Origin: Candidatus Kuenenia stuttgartensis
GTDB lineage: Bacteria; Planctomycetota; Brocadiia; Brocadiales; Brocadiaceae
DNA: 32,000 nucleotides
Assembly: GCF_900232105.1 (NCBI RefSeq)
Contig: NZ_LT934425.1
Span: 3,420,001 to 3,452,000 of the forward strand
Reading direction: 5' to 3'
The notes under the pieces were generated by a model that searched no databases, was not told where the DNA came from, and saw only the letters and a program-made list of their open reading frames with translations. A program made the translations under genes and the position numbers. Each line of letters starts with the position of its first letter. Position 1 is the stretch's first letter. Below, piece by piece: positions 17,649 through 25,953 of the stretch.

Positions 17649-18588
17649 CAATAATACTACCGATGTGGGGTGGCTCGGTTTTGTTTTTATATAAATACCA
17701 GAGGTAGTGACTGGGATGTTCTTTGACGAACTGTTCCATTAAACTGCCAAACTTTAAGACGACAAGTTTTTCCGGTGTACCTTTATCATTGCCATCGTCG
17801 GGGATGATTTCATTGCCTATAATAATGCGGTGTTTACCGTTTTTTCCCCTTACCGTAAAAACAGGCAATATTGGGGACTTTGTTCTTTCTGCTATTTTTA
17901 TAAGGGAGGGGGATAGACGTATCTTCCTTCCTAAAAAAGGTACTGAAATTCTATTAGGGTCCAAAATTCCATCAAGTGACATAACAAGTATTTCGTTATT
18001 TTGTAACACACGGTATATTTGCCTTGGAGTGCTTCCTATGTAAAAAAAATTGGCGGGCAGGCTTTTTTCACATTGATATTCAATTTGCATGGTTTTATTC
18101 TTTACCATCGACTTGTCTTTGCCGGTCAGATCGATAGGATTTGCGGCAACCTGCGTTATTTTATATCCTTTATACCCCAGGCAGGGGAGTATCATTTTAT
18201 ATGACCCAAAATGGCAAAGCGCAATTATCACGCCCTTACCTTTTTTCAAGGCGTTCTCTAAATGTTCCATACCGGTAATGGTGCAAAGTTCTTCGGCCTT
18301 CTTTTTATTTAATCTTGGGAATGACCATATTTCAAAGAGATCTTTTCTGAAATTACGAAGGGTTTCCAGGATGATTTCTTTCATTTCCGGGCTGGTAAAT
18401 GTTCCTTTGCCAAATAACAATTCCAGCTCACCCTTCATGACTACAGCTTTTTCTCCATGTGACGTCAGCGCTGCAAGGCAGTTGGCAAGGCTATGTTTTA
18501 ATTTTAAAGGCAAGTAAGGTATTGTGTATCGAAGGGTATATAAAAAAAACACCTTTGCCGCTTCAGAAAAATGAATAGTTCCTTTCAT
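17641..18588 (-). CDS. Lysophospholipid/lauroyl acyltransferase family (LpxL/HtrB-like)
   Basis: ALKKGKGVIIALCHFGSYKMILPCLGYKGYKITQVAANPID...; FFYIGSTPRQIYRVLQNNEILVMSLDGILDPNRISVPFLGRKIRLSPSLIKIAERTKSPILPVF; H-X4-like HFGSYK. Confidence 0.8.
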   Translation of the reverse strand: MKGTIHFSEAAKVFFLYTLRYTIPYLPLKLKHSLANCLAALTSHGEKAVVMKGELELLFGKGTFTSPEMKEIILETLRNFRKDLFEIWSFPRLNKKKAEELCTITGMEHLENALKKGKGVIIALCHFGSYKMILPCLGYKGYKITQVAANPIDLTGKDKSMVKNKTMQIEYQCEKSLPANFFYIGSTPRQIYRVLQNNEILVMSLDGILDPNRISVPFLGRKIRLSPSLIKIAERTKSPILPVFTVRGKNGKHRIIIGNEIIPDDGNDKGTPEKLVVLKFGSLMEQFVKEHPSHYLWYLYKNKTEPPHIGSIIVD

Positions 18589-18645
18589 AAATATTTTATG
18601 ATTAAAAGTTATTTTGAATAGGAGAGAATATATTTCTGTTAATAA

Positions 18646-20751
18646 CTAAATTTGGTTAATTATTATTACTGTTTTAGATGTTTTTAGATGTTTGAATCTG
18701 CCGAAAGCCTCCTCGATTGTTTCTTTAGAAGTTTTATGTAGTTTTGCTGTTAAAAGGACAACATTTGCCGTTGCAGAGAGAAACAGGGTGTCGTTACAGG
18801 CAATAACAGGGTCGGCATCAATAATAATATGTTCATAGTCAAGATTGTTTAACTGTTCTGGCAGTCCATCGATCATGGCAATAGCCGGGATATCGGTAAT
18901 TTCTTTCATAAGTAAAACATCAATGCCATAGATATCATTGCTTCTTATAAGGTCTTTAAGGGTTATTTTTTTATCCACCGGAAGAATATCTTTTCCCTGC
19001 AAATGCCAATCATCTGTTGAAGAAATATCAAGGAAGAGGGTTTTTTTGCCGGAAACGGCTAATTCTCTTGCCACCAGAAGAGCGAGTGTAGAGGTTCCTA
19101 CTTCCTCCTCCGCTCCGGTGAAAAGAATTGACCGTGCAATGGTATCGCCTGAAACGACCTTTATGCCGGAAATAATGTTCCAGACGGAACGTCTGATGGT
19201 GTTGTTTTTCAATACTTTTCTGACAAAATTTCGCTGTTTAAGCAATAACAGTTCATCTCTTAATGTAGGGAAATAACGAAGCAGTCTTTTCGGGATAATG
19301 TTGAAGCCAAATATCTTTTTATACCTTGGCAAACCATAGAGCAGATTTCCCTGAAAGGCCTTTTGTGCTTCTGCAAGCGTTTTTATAGATTTGTCGACAG
19401 ATTCTTCCAGAAGGATTATTGAAAATGCTATGATAGTACTAAGAAACATGGAGATAGCTAAAAATTTTACCCTGTTCGGAAAATAAGGAGAAGAAATTGT
19501 TGATGCATCTGCGTAATTAAGGACGGCCAAGTTTGAAGGGCTCATGTTTAGCAATATTTCGGCGTCTGAAATGCCCTTTGTCAAGTTTGTGTACTCGGTA
19601 TTTAAAGAAGATTGCTGACGTTCTATTTTATTAAACAATAGTTCTATTTTCTTTACATTGAGCATTTTTTTGTAAATGATATCGGTTATATTAAGCAGTA
19701 TCGCGTCAGTTATTTTATAAATTTCCAGGTTTATTTTTGTATCATAATAACGTTTTTCCAATTCAGCATAATACGAGTTTCTGGAAAAATTTTCGTCTCC
19801 CAAAATTCGTTCTATTTCTTTATGTATTGCCTTTTTATATTCTGCTATTTGCATTCTGGACGCAACAATATCGGGGTGTGCTTCGGTAAAGTCAACCTTC
19901 AGTTTAGCAATAGTCGTTTCAAGTGTTACGATTTCCTGTTTATATGTTTCTAATGTAGGATTTCTTTCGATAGCCTTGCTGGATAAATATAGTTCCGGAA
20001 TTAATGTAATAGTTTTGGTTACCTCTTCTAACACCTTTTTCTCTTCTTCCATTGTTTTAGTATTTTGATGAACCAGGTCAAGATAGCTGTAATATTGCTT
20101 GAGTCCCTCTTCTATTTCCATGGTGACATCAATAATTCCGTATTTTTTCCTGTATCTGTACAACCTTCTTTCCAGTTTTCTTAATTCTTTATTTACGTAC
20201 GCTAGCCGCACTTTCATTGCTTTTTGTGCCAATCTTGCCTCGTCTTTGAAAATATCCGCATAAAGTATCATAAACGCGTCAACCGCAGCATTCGCAACAT
20301 TCCCTGCCCGTTCAGGAGTGGAGGAGTATCCAGATACTTCTATAACGTCACCGCTTTCTACTACGTCAACACTAATCCCTTCCCTGCTGAAAAAAAGATT
20401 AAATTCACTTCCGATGATAAATTTATCAGGATCAACCAACCGTTCCTTTTCATCGGTAATATGCAAGGTTGAAATAATCCTTTTCATGGATTTAGGATTT
20501 TTTAGCATTGCAAAGAATGTGTTATCCAGTTTATTTTTGTCAGAATATTCGAACTTGCTAATGTTTGTTGGTAATGCAAGATATTGCGTTTGTGTTGCAT
20601 TTGTATGCATCCAGAGCTGCGAAGAGGCCTTGTATACCGATCGGAAAGAAAGGGATAACAATAGTGGCAGTAATGTGAAGGCGAGCACAATAACGATAAT
20701 AATTTTCTTTCTTCTGGAGATAACATCAAGAAATTGTTTTAAGAGCGACAT
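18646..20751 (-). CDS. Wzz/Wzc-like polysaccharide chain-length determinant with C-terminal P-loop-like domain
   Basis: N-terminal transmembrane segment IIIVIVLAFTLLPLLLSLSFRSVYKASSQLWM, long coiled-coil region, second transmembrane segment, then ARSILFTGAEEEVGTSTLALLVARELAVSGKKTLFLDISS and YEHIIIDADPVI. Confidence 0.82.
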   Translation of the reverse strand: MSLLKQFLDVISRRKKIIIVIVLAFTLLPLLLSLSFRSVYKASSQLWMHTNATQTQYLALPTNISKFEYSDKNKLDNTFFAMLKNPKSMKRIISTLHITDEKERLVDPDKFIIGSEFNLFFSREGISVDVVESGDVIEVSGYSSTPERAGNVANAAVDAFMILYADIFKDEARLAQKAMKVRLAYVNKELRKLERRLYRYRKKYGIIDVTMEIEEGLKQYYSYLDLVHQNTKTMEEEKKVLEEVTKTITLIPELYLSSKAIERNPTLETYKQEIVTLETTIAKLKVDFTEAHPDIVASRMQIAEYKKAIHKEIERILGDENFSRNSYYAELEKRYYDTKINLEIYKITDAILLNITDIIYKKMLNVKKIELLFNKIERQQSSLNTEYTNLTKGISDAEILLNMSPSNLAVLNYADASTISSPYFPNRVKFLAISMFLSTIIAFSIILLEESVDKSIKTLAEAQKAFQGNLLYGLPRYKKIFGFNIIPKRLLRYFPTLRDELLLLKQRNFVRKVLKNNTIRRSVWNIISGIKVVSGDTIARSILFTGAEEEVGTSTLALLVARELAVSGKKTLFLDISSTDDWHLQGKDILPVDKKITLKDLIRSNDIYGIDVLLMKEITDIPAIAMIDGLPEQLNNLDYEHIIIDADPVIACNDTLFLSATANVVLLTAKLHKTSKETIEEAFGRFKHLKTSKTVIIINQI

Positions 20752-22181
20752 TTTAGGGTATCCAATCTTTCGTTTTCTAATCTTTTATTGTTTTCACGGT
20801 CAATTACAATTGCCATGGCATGTCCGATTCCTAAATAAAACCATAAGGGCAAAAAGGTATGGGAAAAAGAGGTGACTGCATTAAGCAGTAATGTTGCTAA
20901 GCCTGAAATGTAAATTTGCATCCATTTTTTGTATTCGGATGAAATACAGGCAAGGTATGCATGGATAAACCTCTTGCAAGAGAGTACCAAAAACCAAAGC
21001 CACAATAACACGCCAGGTAATCCATACTCTGCAAATATATGAACATAGAGATTGTCAAAGCTGATTTCCGGGTCGAGATACGAAAAAAATCCGCCAGCCC
21101 CATCACCTAAACCATAATGGTCCTTTATAGAAAGAATACCTTTCTTCCAGCGTTTTATCCTCGAACCGAGAGATGATGATTCATCGGTAGTTTCCGTCGA
21201 TGTTTTAGAGGTGTAATCCAATGCCTTCGCAAAATCATTGGTAGGGATTCTTGATAGAAAAAATCCAATTATGATAAGAGAAAAAATAAGCGTCCATACA
21301 ATGATAATACGCTTGTTGACCGAGGCATTTAAAAGGGAAAAGATATAAAGTCCGCATAGTAATGAAAGTAACGGCCCTTTGCTAAGTGTCGTTAATAGCG
21401 CTACAAACATAGAGAGTACTGCGATTGACAGGAATACCCTGGTGATTTTGTTTCCCGTGTAAATAAATCCGAGCAACAACATGAGCGATAATGAAAGGTA
21501 GTATGCGGTGGCAAGTGGATGCATGAATCCTTGTCCGCGTAACATTTGCTCAGGATTGAATACAAAACGAACCAGATGTTCATTATGATGATACAATATA
21601 TCTTCTATTGTTTTATTCGATAGGAGAGAATAGTAACAAACAATGCTGCTGACAAAACCCATACCAACAAAAAAGGCGATTGCTATTTTGATTTTTAGAA
21701 AACTGTTTAATGTTACTATGGTCAGGAAAAAGAAGCATATGGCGATAAAAAACATTGCCATATAGTATATTCCCATTGTTTTTTCAGTGCTCCAGAGAAT
21801 GGAAATTATTCCCCATAGATATAATAATATCAGCGGGAGATATCTTTTGATCTGAAAGTCTTCAGTTGAAATCCTTAAACCGCGCGATATAAACCAACAG
21901 AGTAAGCAATAAAGTATGAACGGTTCTGAAATAGTGAAAAATGTTCGATAATCGCCCCAGAGCCTGATTTCAATGCTGATATAAGAAGTAAGGAGTATCG
22001 CAAAAAGATACGGAATATGCGGCTTCAAAATAGAAATGGTTGCCACGGAAGTAATGCCGAGCAGGATGAGGGTTACCAGGGGGTTGATAAATGCTGTGGA
22101 AGATATTGCCATGCCAAAAGGGATAACAATAATCCATCGGTAGATGTTTAGTTTTTTATTGTGCGTAAGAGAATAGTTCAT
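20739..22181 (-). CDS. O-antigen ligase/polymerase family membrane protein
   Basis: Many hydrophobic segments; IKRWKKGILSIKDHYGLGDGAGGFFSYLDPEISFDNLYVHIFAEYGLPGVLLWLWFLVL (Wzy_C-type signature). Overlaps the next gene by 13 nt. Confidence 0.85.
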   Translation of the reverse strand: MNYSLTHNKKLNIYRWIIVIPFGMAISSTAFINPLVTLILLGITSVATISILKPHIPYLFAILLTSYISIEIRLWGDYRTFFTISEPFILYCLLCWFISRGLRISTEDFQIKRYLPLILLYLWGIISILWSTEKTMGIYYMAMFFIAICFFFLTIVTLNSFLKIKIAIAFFVGMGFVSSIVCYYSLLSNKTIEDILYHHNEHLVRFVFNPEQMLRGQGFMHPLATAYYLSLSLMLLLGFIYTGNKITRVFLSIAVLSMFVALLTTLSKGPLLSLLCGLYIFSLLNASVNKRIIIVWTLIFSLIIIGFFLSRIPTNDFAKALDYTSKTSTETTDESSSLGSRIKRWKKGILSIKDHYGLGDGAGGFFSYLDPEISFDNLYVHIFAEYGLPGVLLWLWFLVLSCKRFIHAYLACISSEYKKWMQIYISGLATLLLNAVTSFSHTFLPLWFYLGIGHAMAIVIDRENNKRLENERLDTLKCRS

Positions 22182-22260
22182 CTATGGTTTATGGTGCAGG
22201 ATACATCATCCCGGCCGTTTTTTTGAAAACGGCCAGGACTATTGTATTTCACAAAGTGGT

Positions 22261-24534
22261 TCAATGTTGTGTTTTATCTGCAAAAGGTTTTTGTAAACGA
22301 CTGATTGAGGCTGCAATTGTTTCAGCTTTTTGCTTAATCTGCTTTATACTGTCAGAATCGATATAATCCAGCCGTTCGGCAACTTGAAGATACGTTTCCA
22401 GTTCTGCAATGGAGCCGTTTGCAATGGAAAGATGATTGAAAAACTCTTTGGGATTTTGCATTGCCTGTCCCTTTGCAATAGTTGCCGGGATTGATGCAGC
22501 AGTGCGTTGTAACTGTCCAGCCAGCGCATCATTTTTCCCCTGCGGAATCTCTTTTGTAAGATTATAGCATTCTACTGCTAAGTCCATTGAGCTTTGCCAC
22601 ACTTCCAAATCGCGATAAGATTTACCGCTAATTGTCGTTGGAAGATTATCAGAGGATTGTCCGCGTTGCGGCGGCATTTGTCCTCCAGGTATAGGCTGTC
22701 CACGATGCGGGCCGTTTCCGGGTTGTCCTCCCATGGCAGGGCCTTTAGGCTGCATCGGACGTCCGCCCGTTGGCGACTGTCCATATCCACCTGGCATTTG
22801 TGGGGTTTTTCCTGTCGGTGGTTGTTCTTTGCTATCCACAATCTCAGAGACGGATGATTCATCGTCATCATCTATTTCATCTGATACATATTCCGTATCG
22901 CCACTCTTTTTGCCCTCGACGAACACGGGGGTGGAAGATATTTCCACCGGAAGGGTTTTTCCTGAAGATATCAGAGTCTTTGTGTTAAAAATATTTTTTG
23001 ATGCAGAGTGTAGCTGTTTTCCTTCAGAGACATTTGGTATCGCTTCCGTTACTGTATATTTGCTGTTTTCTGCGACTTTCAAGTCTATTGTCGTTTTCCC
23101 GTTTTCTTTTTCGTACCATAGCACATAAACGTCTTTCTCTGCCTGTGGGAATTTATATGCGTATATGCCGTTTTTGCCATTAGAGATTGCCGCTACATTG
23201 TTCCAATCTGAATTTTTAAGTTTTTCCGTCATTAGCCTGTAGGTATAGAATCCGAGTTTTTTCACTCCATATCCAGGATCGCCGGCGCAATTGCCGTCAT
23301 ATATCAAACCGGTGTATTCAAACATTGATTCACAATCAAATGGTGGCCAGCCTTCCACAAGCGCCCATGCCCAGAATACTTTTTTAATGCCATAACTGAG
23401 TGGATAGACATACCGTTTTATCACCTGAATTGCCTGACCCTTTTCTCCCTCTTTACTGCTGGCGCCCGTTTCGGTCATCCATACGTCAACATTAGTCAAG
23501 CCGCTTTCATCGAGGGCATTGCGTAATATTTTATAGGTGGTATAAGAATCTATAATGCTGTCGTCAAACCAGTGGAAATCAAATATATCGATAGAATCCT
23601 TGTCAAGCGCTCTAATTACCGGAAGCCAAAACTCATTTAATATTTCAGTCCTCATTTTTGGCGGTGGACTTACTATTCCACCACTAAGTACCTTTGCGTT
23701 TTTGTCTGCGCTTTTTATTGCGCTTGAAGTGATATTGATGAGTTCCACATATCCCTTCCATTCACTTCCTTTTTGGGTTTGACCGCCCATCCTGTCAGAG
23801 CCAGGTGGTTGCCCCCTTTGTCCGCCCATAAAGCCGGGTCCCTGTGGTCCGCCTCTTTGACCCATTCCAGGCGGTGGTCCACCTTGTCTTCCGGCGCCTG
23901 CCCCTTGTCCGCCAGCTCCAGGTCCACCACCTTGCTTCTTTTTAACCTGAATAACGGGTTCATTTTCAACCTGCCAGTATTTTACAGGATTTTTGAGCCC
24001 CGGCATATCGTCTTTGCCGTCTCCATCATATCGTTCTACAGCTTTTTTTACGAATTCTATGTAAGCCTCTTTTGCCTGTGGAACAATAAACTCCCATGTG
24101 CCAGGCCGTAACAGCTTTGTGTTAACATTAATGGTAACAACAATGTTCATTTCTTCAGGAATTCTCTTTAAAAAATTATCAGGGATCGTCCAGTTGTATT
24201 TTCCCTGTTGAATAGATTCTTTATCCCTCTGCACAAAAGACCAGTCTAAAACGGGGTTTGACTGACGTTCCCATTTAACACCAAGTTCTATTGCGGTTGA
24301 ATAAGGCGGATTATCTCCCGTGATGCCGTCAAATTCGAAATTCTTTCTTTTTGCCAGCATTTCCTCATTGCTTTTTCTTTTTGGTGGATAAAAGGAGGTG
24401 GTAAATCCAAAAGGAGAATCGAGAGCCGCCTCGTCCCATGCATGAACAATTGATCCCTCGAAAAAACCGAAAGAGAATATCAGCAGAAGTGTCGTTATAC
24501 TGCAAATAAATCGCTGTGTTTTTTGCAACATCAT
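22261..24534 (-). CDS. Putatively secreted glycoside-hydrolase-like protein fused to a C-terminal four-helix-bundle (23S rRNA-IVP type) domain
   Basis: Signal-peptide-like N-terminus MMLQKTQRFICSITTLLLIFSFGFFEGSIVHAW; VKYWQVENEP and VDVWMTETGAS resemble clan-A glycosidase catalytic sites; C-terminus SYRDLEVWQSSMDLAVECYNLTKEIPQGKNDALAGQLQRTAASIPATIAKGQAMQNPKEFFNHLSIANGSIAELETYLQVAERLDYI matches the four-helix-bundle family. Confidence 0.78.
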   Translation of the reverse strand: MMLQKTQRFICSITTLLLIFSFGFFEGSIVHAWDEAALDSPFGFTTSFYPPKRKSNEEMLAKRKNFEFDGITGDNPPYSTAIELGVKWERQSNPVLDWSFVQRDKESIQQGKYNWTIPDNFLKRIPEEMNIVVTINVNTKLLRPGTWEFIVPQAKEAYIEFVKKAVERYDGDGKDDMPGLKNPVKYWQVENEPVIQVKKKQGGGPGAGGQGAGAGRQGGPPPGMGQRGGPQGPGFMGGQRGQPPGSDRMGGQTQKGSEWKGYVELINITSSAIKSADKNAKVLSGGIVSPPPKMRTEILNEFWLPVIRALDKDSIDIFDFHWFDDSIIDSYTTYKILRNALDESGLTNVDVWMTETGASSKEGEKGQAIQVIKRYVYPLSYGIKKVFWAWALVEGWPPFDCESMFEYTGLIYDGNCAGDPGYGVKKLGFYTYRLMTEKLKNSDWNNVAAISNGKNGIYAYKFPQAEKDVYVLWYEKENGKTTIDLKVAENSKYTVTEAIPNVSEGKQLHSASKNIFNTKTLISSGKTLPVEISSTPVFVEGKKSGDTEYVSDEIDDDDESSVSEIVDSKEQPPTGKTPQMPGGYGQSPTGGRPMQPKGPAMGGQPGNGPHRGQPIPGGQMPPQRGQSSDNLPTTISGKSYRDLEVWQSSMDLAVECYNLTKEIPQGKNDALAGQLQRTAASIPATIAKGQAMQNPKEFFNHLSIANGSIAELETYLQVAERLDYIDSDSIKQIKQKAETIAASISRLQKPFADKTQH

Positions 24535-25907
24535 AATGCCCTCCTAATTAATGTATGTTTTATTTTACCTTTAATAGATTCAGTTACAGATGCCATAGCC
24601 AGTACAATCCTGTCTAAAAACTGTAAAGACGGATTTAAATAAAATAAAGTTTTGACGTCATTGGCATTTGCAGGAAGAAGTGACTTTCCAGGCGATATAA
24701 TGCCCTGTTTCATCGCAACACGGTATATTTCTGTGTCCGGTTCTAACCGTATCCATCCAATTTGGACGTTAACGTTTCTTTTTAAGATTTTCTTAGCCGC
24801 AAGAGAAAGGAATTTGTAAAAAAGCATTTTTATCATTCCAAAATAGGTTTCTCCGGGTGAGTTTATAAACATGGTGATAATAAATTTGGTATCCTTAATT
24901 ACGGGATCAGTGGTAATGATTTTCAATATGTTCCAAACATCTCTTTCCTTTATGCCTTTTCTCAGAGAAATTAATGAAGATGTCGATAATCCGTCAGGTG
25001 AAAAAGAAATTCCGCTGCAGCCGGCGTTTTTTAATAAGTGTAAAAAATCTTTCGTAACGCCCCTTACATCTAGCCAGCACATCCACTTGATTTCATCCTG
25101 AAGATTCCGTTTCATTATTTCTTTACATATGCCGATGGCATGTTCCAGCGGTTTGTTGAAAAGGGAGTCGGCAAACATAAACTGCTGTATTCCGTACGAA
25201 TGAAGTAGGTTTTCTATCTCGTCAACTACATTTGCAGGAGGTCGCGACCTCAAAAGGTTGCCGTTTAATGCCGGGTAGTTGCAATATGCGCATTTTAACG
25301 GACAACCCCTCTGGGTTTGAATTCCGATTGCAGCTTCTCCGTTTATATAGGGGATTGGATTAACAATATCTCTTCCCGGCGCCGGGAATTTTTCAAATTG
25401 GGGAAGTGTCCTTGTGCCTGTGTAATAAACAACCCCGTTTTTGCGGTAATATACGCCTTTCACTTTATCCGGATGGTCAAGATTGTCTGTAAGCTCAGAT
25501 AATGTTTCCTCTCCTTCCAGATATACGCCATAATCTATTTCTGGATTGGTATTCATTATTTCCTGTGCAAACATTGAAAATCCGGTACCGCCGGCAACAA
25601 TGTGGGTGGATGGGCATCTTTTTTTTATAGTGCGCAAAAGATGTTGAAAATCCCCGTAATAGTTTAGAGGGTTTTTCCTCGATTGATTGTCGATATTTCT
25701 TAGTGAAATACCAATTATCTGCGGACTAAACCCATTGATTTCTTTTATTAAATCATCGATTGGGTTCAAAGAAAGATTCGGGTCGTAAATCCGTACTTCA
25801 TGTTTGGTGAGAAAGCTTGCGATATATGAAATTCCCAATGGATATACCGGAGGGAAAACATCTCCTTTAAGATATGATTGTACTAATAAAATTTTCATAT
25901 TGAGCAA
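24531..25907 (-). CDS. B12-binding-domain radical SAM protein (no. 3)
   Basis: MKILLVQSYLKGDVFPPVYPLGISYIASFL...; IGIQTQRGCPLKCAYCNYPALNG; HIVAGGTGFSMFAQEIMNTNPEIDYGVYLEGEETLSEL. Overlaps 24534 by 4 nt. Confidence 0.88.
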   Translation of the reverse strand: MLNMKILLVQSYLKGDVFPPVYPLGISYIASFLTKHEVRIYDPNLSLNPIDDLIKEINGFSPQIIGISLRNIDNQSRKNPLNYYGDFQHLLRTIKKRCPSTHIVAGGTGFSMFAQEIMNTNPEIDYGVYLEGEETLSELTDNLDHPDKVKGVYYRKNGVVYYTGTRTLPQFEKFPAPGRDIVNPIPYINGEAAIGIQTQRGCPLKCAYCNYPALNGNLLRSRPPANVVDEIENLLHSYGIQQFMFADSLFNKPLEHAIGICKEIMKRNLQDEIKWMCWLDVRGVTKDFLHLLKNAGCSGISFSPDGLSTSSLISLRKGIKERDVWNILKIITTDPVIKDTKFIITMFINSPGETYFGMIKMLFYKFLSLAAKKILKRNVNVQIGWIRLEPDTEIYRVAMKQGIISPGKSLLPANANDVKTLFYLNPSLQFLDRIVLAMASVTESIKGKIKHTLIRRAL

Positions 25908-25953
25908 AAAAGGAATTTTTTTATATTATTCAAGTGATAGTTAACAGGGAAAT

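Noticed and set aside
20318-20875. 185-aa plus-strand ORF antisense to the Wzz/Wzc-like gene
   Set aside because: Long but antisense to a well-supported gene, with low-complexity composition; best explained as a shadow ORF.
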